Assembly (NCBI GenBank): GCA_041659205.1
Contig: JBAZYS010000005.1
Location: forward strand, 1 to 57,719
Direction of reading: 5' to 3'
Length of the DNA stretch: 57,719 nucleotides
Source of the DNA: Minisyncoccota bacterium
GTDB taxonomy: Bacteria; Patescibacteriota; Minisyncoccia; Phycocordibacterales; UBA9973
Position numbers and translations under genes: made by a program. This document shows, in pieces, positions 17,080 through 26,362 of this stretch (its first letter is position 1; every line of letters starts with the position of its first letter). Under the pieces are notes generated by a model. The model saw nothing but the letters and a program-made list of their open reading frames with translations. It made no database searches and was not told the DNA's origin.

Positions 17080-18051
17080 ATGTTTTCTTGGTTAAAAAAG
17101 CATTTTATTCCACACGAAGGTAATGAACACCGCCCGCATTTTTTGCGTAGTTCCAATACACGCAGTATCGTGATTATAGTTTTACTTATTGAAATAATCA
17201 CTTTTGTACTACCAACTCTCTCTCACATAAATACCACGGGCGGAATGGCTACAGTTTTGCCGACTGTCTTAACTGATTTAACAAATACTGAGAGAGAGTC
17301 CCAAAAACTCAGTACCCTAAGAGTAAATCCTATTTTAAATAAAGCGGCAGAAATGAAAGCGACGGATATGGCGACAAAAGGCTATTTTGCTCACACGAGC
17401 CCAGAAGGAAAAACTCCCTGGTATTGGTTGGGGGAAGTAGGGTATCAGTACCAATATGCAGGAGAAAATCTCGCTATTAATTTTAGCGATTCAATAGATG
17501 TTACCAATGCCTGGATGAATAGTCCTACTCACAAAGCAAACATTGTAAAAGGAAACTATACAGAAATAGGTACTGGTATTGCTACCGGCTTATATAAAGG
17601 GAGGGAGACTGTTTTTGTGGCACAAGTCTATGCAAATCCTCTTCTCAAAACAGAAGCTTTACCTATTAAAAAAGAAATTACGAATGTAGAAAAAGCAGCC
17701 AATGCAGTAGTAGTAAAAGAATTAACAAATGTTCTTGGGGCAGAAACAAATACTGACATTGCAGGAGCTGTAGATATTACAACAACTCCTGTTCGAAATC
17801 CTACATTATTACAGAAATTATTTGCATCTCCTCGTAATACTACAAATGTATTTTTGTATATTATTTTTGGTATAATGCTTACAGCATTACTACTTTATAT
17901 TTTTATCAAAATGAGAAATCATCATAAAGATATAATTACAAATGCTCTTGTCACTCTATCTATCATTGGAGCAATTTTTATTGTAAACTATTATTTTAGT
18001 CACAAAGATATGGTTATCTCACAGAGCTTAGATTACTCAAATATAAACTAA
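17080..18051 (+). CDS. CAP/SCP-domain membrane protein
   Basis: YFAHTSP, GENLA, WMNSPTHKANI motifs; N- and C-terminal TMs. Confidence 0.9.
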   Translation: MFSWLKKHFIPHEGNEHRPHFLRSSNTRSIVIIVLLIEIITFVLPTLSHINTTGGMATVLPTVLTDLTNTERESQKLSTLRVNPILNKAAEMKATDMATKGYFAHTSPEGKTPWYWLGEVGYQYQYAGENLAINFSDSIDVTNAWMNSPTHKANIVKGNYTEIGTGIATGLYKGRETVFVAQVYANPLLKTEALPIKKEITNVEKAANAVVVKELTNVLGAETNTDIAGAVDITTTPVRNPTLLQKLFASPRNTTNVFLYIIFGIMLTALLLYIFIKMRNHHKDIITNALVTLSIIGAIFIVNYYFSHKDMVISQSLDYSNIN

Positions 18052-19448
18052 TGAAAGAAACTAAATTATTTCCTGAGCCAGTTTCGATAAAAAAGTTAAT
18101 TGGTCCAAGTTTTGTTATCCTCGCTCTCGGGCTCGGTTCTGGTGAGGTCATTTTGTGGCCTTATTTGACAGCGAATTATGGTCTCGGTATTGCTTGGGGA
18201 GCAATTCTGGGTATTACTTTTCAGTATTTTATGAATATGGAGATTGAACGTTATGCTCTAGTAAAAGGGGAGAGCGTTTTTGTGGGAATTTATAAATTAT
18301 TTAAACCTGCAGTTTATTGGTTTATTGTTTCGACTTTTCTTGGCTTTGGTTTACCTGGAATCATTGCAGCTTCTGCGAAAGTCATGGCAAGCGTCCTCGG
18401 TATTACAAATTTTAAATGGATAGCAATTTTGTTTTTATTAGTGATTGGGCTTATTCTAAGTATGGGGAAGACGGTGTATGGAATGATGGAGCGTGTTACT
18501 AAAATTATTATTTTAATTGGTGTTCCTTTTATTTTTTTATTAGCTGTTTTTCTAAGTACGAAGACAGACTGGATTGCTTTGTTTAATGGAATAATCGGGA
18601 GAGGGGAAGGATTTAATTTTTTACCTGAGGGTATAAGTATTGCTACTTTTCTCGCTGCTTTTGCTTATTCTGGAGCGGGAGGGAATTTAAATTTAACCCA
18701 GTCTATTTATATTAAAGAAAAAGGTTATGGGATGGGTTTTTATTCACAAAAAATTTCTAGTTTATTTTCTAAAGAAATAGAAAATGAGATTGTCTTAGAT
18801 GGTGTGGATTGTGCTGCGACCCCAGAGGATGTCAGTCGTTTTAAAAAATGGTGGAAGCTTATTAGTTTTGAGCACGCTTTTGTTTTTTGGTTTTTGGGAG
18901 TTATCTCGATGATTTTTCTGATGCTTTTGTCTTATGCGACTACGCATGGACTTCCTGGAAATGCTGAAGGAATTAATTTTGTCATAAATGAAGGAGCGGT
19001 AATTGGAGGAATGGTATTTCCTTTTATTGGTATTTTATTTTTAGTAGTTGTTTCTATTATGTTATTCCAAACACAGTTAGGGGTGATGGATTCCACTTCT
19101 AGGATAATGGCAGAAAATGTAGCAATTAGAAAATTAGACGGACAAGAAAGAGGGAAGATTAATCTTTCAAAAATATATTATTTTTTTGTTTGGGCGCAAG
19201 TTGCTTTCGGAATAATTTTATTTTTGTTCAATATTTACGAACCGAAAACCTTGATAATTATTGGCGCGGTGATTAATGCATTTGCGATGTTTGTACACCT
19301 GGCTTTAGTATTCTGGCTTAATAATAAAAGTCTGCCAAAAGTTTTTCGACCAAACTTGACACGAAAAATTATCATTGGAATTATTTTTATATTTTTTGGT
19401 GTATTTAGCTTTATCGTCTTATTTGATAAGCTTGGTTTTGCAAAATAA
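18051..19448 (+). CDS. Nramp-like (APC superfamily) transporter
   Basis: GPSFVILALGLGSGEVILWP motif; about 11 TMs. Confidence 0.8.
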   Translation: MKETKLFPEPVSIKKLIGPSFVILALGLGSGEVILWPYLTANYGLGIAWGAILGITFQYFMNMEIERYALVKGESVFVGIYKLFKPAVYWFIVSTFLGFGLPGIIAASAKVMASVLGITNFKWIAILFLLVIGLILSMGKTVYGMMERVTKIIILIGVPFIFLLAVFLSTKTDWIALFNGIIGRGEGFNFLPEGISIATFLAAFAYSGAGGNLNLTQSIYIKEKGYGMGFYSQKISSLFSKEIENEIVLDGVDCAATPEDVSRFKKWWKLISFEHAFVFWFLGVISMIFLMLLSYATTHGLPGNAEGINFVINEGAVIGGMVFPFIGILFLVVVSIMLFQTQLGVMDSTSRIMAENVAIRKLDGQERGKINLSKIYYFFVWAQVAFGIILFLFNIYEPKTLIIIGAVINAFAMFVHLALVFWLNNKSLPKVFRPNLTRKIIIGIIFIFFGVFSFIVLFDKLGFAK

Positions 19449-19494
19449 GCCAAAATACACTAGTATGATAAAGGTTTAAATTTTTTAGAAATAA

Positions 19495-19555
19495 GCCGTT
19501 GTAGCTGTTTTGGTAGGTCTTAACGAATGTTTGCCGTTGTAGCTGTTTTGGTAGA
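19495..19555 (+). repeat. Two tandem 5' fragments of tRNA-Thr(GGT) with CAG-to-GTT change
   Basis: GCCGTTGTAGCTGTTTTGGTAG at 19495-19516 and 19533-19554; tRNA starts at 19570. Confidence 0.88.
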
Positions 19556-19569
19556 TAAAAAGAAATAAT

Positions 19570-19642
19570 GCCGTTGTAGCTCAGTTGGTAGAGCACGATA
19601 TTGGTAATATCGAGGTCATCGGTTCAATCCCGATCAACGGCT
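19570..19642 (+). tRNA. tRNA-Thr (GGT)
   Basis: GCCGTTG/CAACGGC acceptor; anticodon arm CGATA-TTGGTAA-TATCG. Confidence 0.93.
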
Positions 19643-19657
19643 CCCGAAATAAAATAT

Positions 19658-19730
19658 GCCGCTGTAGCTCAGGTAGTAGAGCAACGAATTCGTAATTCGT
19701 GGGTCGGATGTGCAAGTCATCCCAGCGGCT
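19658..19730 (+). tRNA. tRNA-Thr (CGT)
   Basis: GCCGCTG/CAGCGGC acceptor; ACGAA-TTCGTAA-TTCGT; atypical T-loop TGCAAGT. Confidence 0.88.
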
Positions 19731-19731
19731 C

Positions 19732-20619
19732 ATGGAAAAAGACATCAACGATATTGATAGGAAAATAGAAGAGCTGGAAGTATCTATGCAGATGCCGGAA
19801 TTTTGGAATGATAAAAATAAAGCCCAAGCAATAATAAAAGAACTCACAGAGTTAAAAGAAAAAAAAGAGGGTGTTGGAAAATATGATAAAGGGAATGCTG
19901 TTGTCACAATAATTTCTGGTGCGGGCGGGGATGATGCAGAAGATTTTTCTGCAATGTTGCTCTCAATGTATTTGAAATATGCAGACAAACATGGCTGGGG
20001 GATTTCTTTTATTCATGAACACAAAAATGAGCATGGAGGATATAGAAATGTTTCTTTTGAAGTTCAGGGCAAAAACTCATACGGTATTTTAAAAAATGAA
20101 GGAGGGGTCCACAGACTTGTACGTATTTCACCCTTTGATGCAAAAAAATTACGGCATACTTCTTTTTCAATGGTAGAAGTTTTGCCTAAATTTTCTAAAC
20201 TTGAAGAAAGAGATTTTGTTATCCCAGAAGCTGATTTGAAGATAGAATATTCTAAGTCAGGCGGTCCTGGAGGGCAAAATGTGAATAAAAGGGAGACGGC
20301 CGTTAGGCTCGTCCATATTCCTACTGGAATTGCAGTACATGCTTCAAATGAGCGTTCTCAAGAGCAAAACCGCGAAAGAGCGATGGCTATTTTACTTGCA
20401 AAAATCTTTAAAAAAGCACAGGAGGACAAGAAAAGCATGGAAGAAAGCTTAAAATCAACTAAAAATACCGAGATAGAATGGGGGAATCAAATTCGTTCAT
20501 ATGTATTGCATCCTTATAAAATGGTAAAAGACCATAGGACTAATATTGAAACTTCAAATGTTGATGCCGTGCTTGATGGGGACTTGGATATTTTTATTGA
20601 GGGAGAGAAAAATTTGTGA
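19732..20619 (+). CDS. prfB: Peptide chain release factor 2 (short form, 295 aa)
   Basis: SPF (RISPFD) and GGQ motifs, WGNQIRSYVLHPY; true start probably ATG 19732 because the longer ORF overlaps the tRNA. Confidence 0.92.
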   Translation: MEKDINDIDRKIEELEVSMQMPEFWNDKNKAQAIIKELTELKEKKEGVGKYDKGNAVVTIISGAGGDDAEDFSAMLLSMYLKYADKHGWGISFIHEHKNEHGGYRNVSFEVQGKNSYGILKNEGGVHRLVRISPFDAKKLRHTSFSMVEVLPKFSKLEERDFVIPEADLKIEYSKSGGPGGQNVNKRETAVRLVHIPTGIAVHASNERSQEQNRERAMAILLAKIFKKAQEDKKSMEESLKSTKNTEIEWGNQIRSYVLHPYKMVKDHRTNIETSNVDAVLDGDLDIFIEGEKNL

Positions 20620-20626
20620 TACAATT

Positions 20627-20716
20627 AAAAAATAGAGAATTACTTTTTCTCAGGTCCTCGGTTCTCCGGGTCCCTATCCCGGCCAGACCATTCAAAAAAG
20701 TAACTCTCAATTTTTT
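20627..20716. repeat. 90-bp element with 22-bp inverted repeats and a GC-rich core
   Basis: Arms 20627-20648 and 20695-20716 match at 20/22. Confidence 0.72.
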
Positions 20717-21385
20717 ATGATTTATTTCAATAATGTTTCAAAAATTTATAAGGATGCTACGGCTTTAGACGACATAACTTTCACTATTGAGGCTGGGGAA
20801 TTCGTCTCTTTTGTGGGGCATTCTGGTGCCGGTAAAACAACTCTCACAAAAATGATTATGGCAGAAGAAAATCCGACTGAAGGGACGGTCTTTTTTGAGT
20901 CAATTAATGTAAATCGAATGAAAAGTAACGATTTAACCAAGCTTCGTCGCCGTATTGGTATGGTATTTCAAGACTATAAATTACTCTCGAATAAAACTGC
21001 TTATGAAAACATCGCTTTTGCTATGGAGGCCGTCGGTAAGACCGAAGAAGAGATAATGAGCGACGTTCCTCATGTTTTAGAGCTTGTTGATTTAAGCCAC
21101 CGAACAATGCATTTCCCAAACCAAATGTCTGGAGGAGAACAACAACGCCTCGCAATTGCCAGGGCTATCATAAATCAACCAGAGCTTATTATCGCTGACG
21201 AGCCAACAGGAAACTTGGACCCAGTAAATACTCATGAAATAGTTCAGATTTTGAAGAAGATAAATGATTTAGGAACGACAGTTATTTTAACGACTCACAA
21301 CAGAGGAGTCATCGATTCTGTCGGTAAAAGAGTCATTACGATGGAAAATGGGAAGATTATAAGGGATACAAAGAACAGTAAATAG
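20717..21385 (+). CDS. ftsE: Cell division ATP-binding protein FtsE
   Basis: GHSGAGKTT, VFQDYKLL, MSGGEQQR, ADEPTGNLD; upstream of ftsX. Confidence 0.93.
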   Translation: MIYFNNVSKIYKDATALDDITFTIEAGEFVSFVGHSGAGKTTLTKMIMAEENPTEGTVFFESINVNRMKSNDLTKLRRRIGMVFQDYKLLSNKTAYENIAFAMEAVGKTEEEIMSDVPHVLELVDLSHRTMHFPNQMSGGEQQRLAIARAIINQPELIIADEPTGNLDPVNTHEIVQILKKINDLGTTVILTTHNRGVIDSVGKRVITMENGKIIRDTKNSK

Positions 21386-21407
21386 GTGTGATATACTTAT
21401 TCTATCT

Positions 21408-22331
21408 ATGGCATTAACTTCATTAAAAAGAATCATTAAAGGAGGATTTCTAAACTTCAAAAGAAGCGGACTCGTCTCCTGGGCGGCTGTCTTAGTGGTG
21501 ACGATTACTCTCTCTGTGATTACCCTTATTATTTTTTTACAGGCGGTTTTACATTTTTCTCTTAATCAAATTAAAGATAAAGTAGACGTAACGATTTATT
21601 TTACTGTCAGTGCTTCAGAAGACAGAATAATGTCATTGAAGTCTTCATTGGAAAAGTTGCCAGAAGTCGCAGCCGTGTCTTATACAAGTAGAGTTGATGC
21701 TTTGAAAATTTTTCGGGATCGCCATGTGAGTGATTATCCGACGATTCAGGCTTTAGACGAAATAGGGGAGAACCCACTTGGGGCATATTTAAATGTTAAA
21801 GCGAAAGAAGTTTCTCAATATGAAAATATTGCAAATTTTTTGAAGTCTGATGATTCACTTGTTTTAGGTTCATCCTCGATTATCGATAAAGTAAATTATC
21901 ATCAAAATAAATTAATTATTGATAGACTAAATACCATAATTTCTGGTGCTCAAAAGCTTGGTTTTCTAATTACCTTACTTTTAGTAATTATTTCTATTAT
22001 TATTACTTTTAATACTATTCGTTTAACTATTTTTATTTCTAAAGAAGAGATCGGAGTGATGCGTCTCGTTGGGGCTTCAAAAATGCATGTACGGGGTCCG
22101 TTTATGATAGAGGGGGCTATTTATGGTATTGTCGCGACCCTTGTCACCCTGGTCCTTTTCTGGCCAGCGACGGCATGGCTTGGACGCAATATGACTGATT
22201 TCCTTGGAATTAATATGTATGATTATTACATTTCAAGTTTCTGGCAAATTATTTTAATTCTTTTATTATCAGGTATAAGCTTGGGTATAATTTCTAGCTT
22301 TCTGGCAGTTAGAAAATATTTAAATAAATAA
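21408..22331 (+). CDS. ftsX: Cell division permease FtsX
   Basis: NTIRLTIF...EIGVMRLVGAS...PFMIEG motifs. Confidence 0.93.
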   Translation: MALTSLKRIIKGGFLNFKRSGLVSWAAVLVVTITLSVITLIIFLQAVLHFSLNQIKDKVDVTIYFTVSASEDRIMSLKSSLEKLPEVAAVSYTSRVDALKIFRDRHVSDYPTIQALDEIGENPLGAYLNVKAKEVSQYENIANFLKSDDSLVLGSSSIIDKVNYHQNKLIIDRLNTIISGAQKLGFLITLLLVIISIIITFNTIRLTIFISKEEIGVMRLVGASKMHVRGPFMIEGAIYGIVATLVTLVLFWPATAWLGRNMTDFLGINMYDYYISSFWQIILILLLSGISLGIISSFLAVRKYLNK

Positions 22332-22342
22332 TAAGTAATAAA

Positions 22343-23995
22343 ATGTCAGAAAAACATACAAAATATATTTTCGTGGTGGGGGGTGTTATTTCTGGAGTCG
22401 GAAAAGGTATTACAGTCTCATCCTTGGGACTTATTTTAAAAAATAGAGGACTTAAAGTAACGGCAATAAAGATTGACCCGTATATAAATGTAGATGCTGG
22501 TACGATGAACCCTACAGAGCATGGAGAAGTTTTTGTTCTTGAGGATGGAGATGAAACAGATCAAGACATGGGAAATTATGAAAGATTTCTTGATTTGAGT
22601 TTGACCCGTATAAATTATATGACGACAGGACGAGTGTACAAGACGGTCATAGAAAAGGAACGCAATTTAGAATACAAAGGCAAATGCGTGCAAGTCGTCC
22701 CTCATATTCCGCTCGAAATAATCGACAGAATTAAAAAAGCAGGAGAGAATTCTAATGCAGATGTTGTGGTGATTGAAATAGGTGGAACTGTCGGAGACTA
22801 TGAAAATATTTTATTTTTAGAGGCAGCTCGTATGATGAAAATAAAAGCTCCGAAAGATGTCATCTTTGTGATGGTATCGTATTTGCCCACCCCTTCGAAA
22901 ATAGGAGAGATGAAGACCAAGCCAACTCAACACGCTGTCTGGGGGCTCAATACCGCTGGAATACAGCCTGATATATTGATAGCGAGAGGAGCGACTAGGC
23001 TTGATGAAAAGAGGAGAGAAAAACTTTCTTTCTTCTGTAATTTACCAATAGACAGAGTTATTTCTGCCCCAGACGTGGACAGCATTTATGATATTCCACT
23101 TAACTTTGAAAGAGAGAAACTTTCTGACAAACTTTGTTGTCTTCTGGATGTAGTTTGTAAAAAGCCAGACATCAAAGCCTGGAATGCTTGGAAGAAATTT
23201 GCAAAAAATGCACACAATGGGAAAGAGACCGTGAAGATTGCAATGATTGGAAAATATTTTGAGACCGGGGATTTTATTTTATCGGATTCATACCTTTCTG
23301 TAATTGAAGCGATAAAATATTCTTGTTATGCTCAAGGTAAAAAACCAATTCTTTCTTGGTTGAATTCTACTGATTTTGAAAAAAATCCAGCTAAATTAAA
23401 GGAACTTAAAAAATATGATGGCATTGTGCTTCCAGGAGGCTTCGGAGCAAGGGGAGTCGAGGGGAATCTGAGTGTAGTGCGTTATGCGCGAGAAAATAAA
23501 ATCCCATATTTCGGACTTTGTTATGGAATGCAGATGATGGTCATAGAATATGCCCGAAATATTCTTGGACTCAAGGATGCGAATACGAGAGAGGTAAATC
23601 CTGGTTCAAAAAACATGGTTATTGATATCATGGAATCTCAAAAAGAGATTTTAAAAAATAATTTATACGGTGGGTCTATGCGCCTTGGTGGATATAAAGC
23701 AATTCTAAAAGATGGATCAATTGCAAAAGAAAGCTACGGCAAAAAGGAAGTTATTGAAAGACACAGGCATCGCTATGAAGTTAACCCAACATTTATTGCT
23801 GAGATAGAGAAAGCAGGACTAGTCTTCTCTGGACGTTCTCCTGATGGAGATTTGATGGAAATAGCCGAATTGCCAAAGAGTAAGCATCCATTTTTCCTTG
23901 GTACTCAATTTCATCCAGAACTCCTTGCTCATCCGCTTCATCCGCACCCACTTTTCACAGCCTTTATAAAAGCTTGTATTGGTAAGAGGAAATAA
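22343..23995 (+). CDS. pyrG: CTP synthase
   Basis: GGVISGVGKG, DPYINVDAGTMNP, GLCYGMQ, TQFHPE motifs. Confidence 0.97.
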   Translation: MSEKHTKYIFVVGGVISGVGKGITVSSLGLILKNRGLKVTAIKIDPYINVDAGTMNPTEHGEVFVLEDGDETDQDMGNYERFLDLSLTRINYMTTGRVYKTVIEKERNLEYKGKCVQVVPHIPLEIIDRIKKAGENSNADVVVIEIGGTVGDYENILFLEAARMMKIKAPKDVIFVMVSYLPTPSKIGEMKTKPTQHAVWGLNTAGIQPDILIARGATRLDEKRREKLSFFCNLPIDRVISAPDVDSIYDIPLNFEREKLSDKLCCLLDVVCKKPDIKAWNAWKKFAKNAHNGKETVKIAMIGKYFETGDFILSDSYLSVIEAIKYSCYAQGKKPILSWLNSTDFEKNPAKLKELKKYDGIVLPGGFGARGVEGNLSVVRYARENKIPYFGLCYGMQMMVIEYARNILGLKDANTREVNPGSKNMVIDIMESQKEILKNNLYGGSMRLGGYKAILKDGSIAKESYGKKEVIERHRHRYEVNPTFIAEIEKAGLVFSGRSPDGDLMEIAELPKSKHPFFLGTQFHPELLAHPLHPHPLFTAFIKACIGKRK

Positions 23996-24003
23996 AATAT
24001 TTG

Positions 24004-24074
24004 TTGCGAGACTTGGACTCGAACCAAGATAACCTCCTCCAGAGGGAGGTGTCCTACCATTAGACGATCTCGCA
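24004..24074 (-). tRNA. tRNA-Gln (CTG)
   Basis: TGCGAGA/TCTCGCA acceptor; CCTCC-CTCTGGA-GGAGG; T-loop TTCGAGT. Confidence 0.93.
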
Positions 24075-24145
24075 ATATTCAACAATGCACTAAATTTAGC
24101 ATACATTTTATGTAATATAAAGGGTTGATTTGCTATAATATAATT

Positions 24146-24586
24146 ATGAAAATATTTGATAAATATGCTGAATATTATAAAGATAATCCACAGGGTTATT
24201 GGTTCAAGCGTAAACTATATGGCTGGGGCTGGACACCTGTTAAATGGCAGGGGTGGGTTGTAATTATTATTTATGTAGCTATTTTAGTAAATTTCTCTAT
24301 TTTAGTTGATGGCACTCAGCATTCTGCAAGCGATACTCTGATTAATTTTGCTCCATGGTTTATTGGGTTAACCTTAGCCCTAATATTTATTTGTTACAAA
24401 AAAGGTGAAAAGCCTAGGTGGCAGTGGGGTCCTGAAGAGCATTATGTCTGCCTAGGGGGATGCAGGGGAGTATCAAAGGTACCAGGCATATGCCAGGCAC
24501 CCAGTTGTGCTAATCACAATCATCAGCTCGTGAAATGCAACTGCGCTGATGGGCTTCATTATAATTTCGATTCTTCTAAGTTTTAA
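24146..24586 (+). CDS. Two-TM membrane protein with a C-terminal Cys/His-rich domain
   Basis: WFKRKLYGWGWTP, two TMs, then CLGGC...CQAPSC...CNC. Confidence 0.75.
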   Translation: MKIFDKYAEYYKDNPQGYWFKRKLYGWGWTPVKWQGWVVIIIYVAILVNFSILVDGTQHSASDTLINFAPWFIGLTLALIFICYKKGEKPRWQWGPEEHYVCLGGCRGVSKVPGICQAPSCANHNHQLVKCNCADGLHYNFDSSKF

Positions 24587-24594
24587 TACAAAAA

Positions 24595-25152
24595 ATGATA
24601 AATGAAGAAAAAATAATCAAAGTTGCTAAACCAGAAATGATGCGATGTCGTCCTGGAGACTGGGAACACGCGAAACGTGTAGTGAAATGGATAAAAGAAC
24701 TTGGAGAAGGAAGGGAAGATTTATTTTTGTTAATTACTGCAGGATATATTCATGACATTGGTTGGCGTGACTTATTTAAAAAAGAAAAAATTACTTTTGA
24801 GGAATTACTTGAACTCGAACCACAAGCAAATAAAAATTCTGAACCGAACATTCGGGAATTATTAAAGCACTTGAATTATACTACGTTCGATGTTGAAAAA
24901 ATACTTAGGTTAGTCTCATCTGCAGACAAATACAAAGCTAAAGTTGAAGACGAGCAAATCATTGTAGATTCAGATCAGTTAAGTAAGTTAGATATTAACC
25001 ATTTAAAAGAGAAGTACCAGAAATCAGATTGGCAAAAAATGTATAAATTTTGGGAAAAAGAAATGGTAAAAAGAATTAAAACAGAAAAAGCCAAATCACT
25101 ATATCCAGGATTAATCATTTCCTTAAAGAAAGAAATAGATAACAGTATTTAA
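24595..25152 (+). CDS. HD-domain protein
   Basis: H...HDIG...DSD pattern. Confidence 0.82.
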   Translation: MINEEKIIKVAKPEMMRCRPGDWEHAKRVVKWIKELGEGREDLFLLITAGYIHDIGWRDLFKKEKITFEELLELEPQANKNSEPNIRELLKHLNYTTFDVEKILRLVSSADKYKAKVEDEQIIVDSDQLSKLDINHLKEKYQKSDWQKMYKFWEKEMVKRIKTEKAKSLYPGLIISLKKEIDNSI

Positions 25153-25225
25153 TTTTCCATTTATCATCAAAAAAGTTCCAACTTCGGCCCAGACTCCTAA
25201 CAAATAAGTTTGCTATAATAGAGGC

Positions 25226-25732
25226 GTGGAAGAAAAAACAAAAAAAGCACTTCATTGGATAGTGAAAATTTTAGACAAGCATAAAGTTCCGTATCGAATA
25301 GGGGGTGGTTTTGCTGCACATGTGTATGGATCTACTCGTCCAATTAAAGATATTGATGTAACTTTCCCTGGAAAATATTTTCCGATTATTATTCCAGAAG
25401 TTTCAGAACATATTACTCATGATTTTAAACATTATTCGGACAAGAAATGGGATTGTGATGGGCTTACGCTTAATTATGATGGTCAAGAAATTGATATGAC
25501 TGATATTGATACCCTGCGTATGAGTAATAAAGAGCAGACAGAATGGTTTCAGACAAAAAATAAATTTCGTAATTTTAATCCAATACCAACAGACATAGAT
25601 AGTATTAAAGTTTTGCTTATTGACCCACGGGATCTAGCTGCATATAAAAAACATCTTGATGGAAATCATCAACTTGTCGATATCGAAGCAGTAGAAAAAT
25701 ATATTACTAGTCATGGTTTAAATAGGTTTTGA
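25226..25732 (+). CDS. Nucleotidyltransferase-fold protein
   Basis: IGGGFA...RPIKDIDV motif. Confidence 0.75.
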   Translation: MEEKTKKALHWIVKILDKHKVPYRIGGGFAAHVYGSTRPIKDIDVTFPGKYFPIIIPEVSEHITHDFKHYSDKKWDCDGLTLNYDGQEIDMTDIDTLRMSNKEQTEWFQTKNKFRNFNPIPTDIDSIKVLLIDPRDLAAYKKHLDGNHQLVDIEAVEKYITSHGLNRF

Positions 25733-25761
25733 TAGTGCATCAGACACCCAACTGTAAAATC

Positions 25762-26322
25762 ATGAAAAAAAATCTAAAAAAATTTAATCCTGATAAAATT
25801 GCAGAAATAGATTCAAAGATGTGGCAAGCATATTATAATCATAATTTTTTTAAATTATTTATTTTATTATTACGTCTTAACCATGAATTTTTCGAATTAG
25901 GTTATTTACATACACTACAAGCTTCATATTATTCTGCTTATGCTGCAATTAATTTTCGTCTTAACAGAGGGAAAGAAGATTCTAAAAAAATAATCAAAAA
26001 ATTGGAAAAATTCTTTAAAATAATATCGAATAATAATATTGATAAATTTGATTATAAAAAAGCAGCTGAATTAGAATTTGGCTGGTGGATGATTGACCGT
26101 TATCCAAAACTCTACCAAATTTCACGAGAAGAAGGACTCGCACGTGCCATGGCAGCAATATACGGCATGGACTATTTAAAACTTACAGAATATGCAAATT
26201 ACCGAGCTCAAGCTATGGTATTACAAGATGAAGCAGAAGTTACTCTACAAGAGGCTAATTGGGATAAAATTAGGTCTTTATTGAAACAATCTTATAATTC
26301 ACTTTATAAAAATGTTCAATAA
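25762..26322 (+). CDS. Hypothetical helical protein
   Basis: Long ORF with host-like codon usage; MWQAYY and WWMI motifs. Confidence 0.7.
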   Translation: MKKNLKKFNPDKIAEIDSKMWQAYYNHNFFKLFILLLRLNHEFFELGYLHTLQASYYSAYAAINFRLNRGKEDSKKIIKKLEKFFKIISNNNIDKFDYKKAAELEFGWWMIDRYPKLYQISREEGLARAMAAIYGMDYLKLTEYANYRAQAMVLQDEAEVTLQEANWDKIRSLLKQSYNSLYKNVQ

Positions 26323-26362
26323 TCGTTTCAACTTCGTACTAAACTTCTAACAAATTAATTTT

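Noticed and set aside
19495-19592. Repeat-spacer pattern resembling a mini CRISPR array (GTTGTAGCT and GTTTTG recall type II repeats)
   Set aside because: The repeats are copies of the adjacent tRNA 5' end, spacers are only 15-16 nt, and no cas genes are present
19699-19731. N-terminal extension of prfB given by the ORF track
   Set aside because: Lies inside tRNA-Thr(CGT); ATG 19732 is the plausible start
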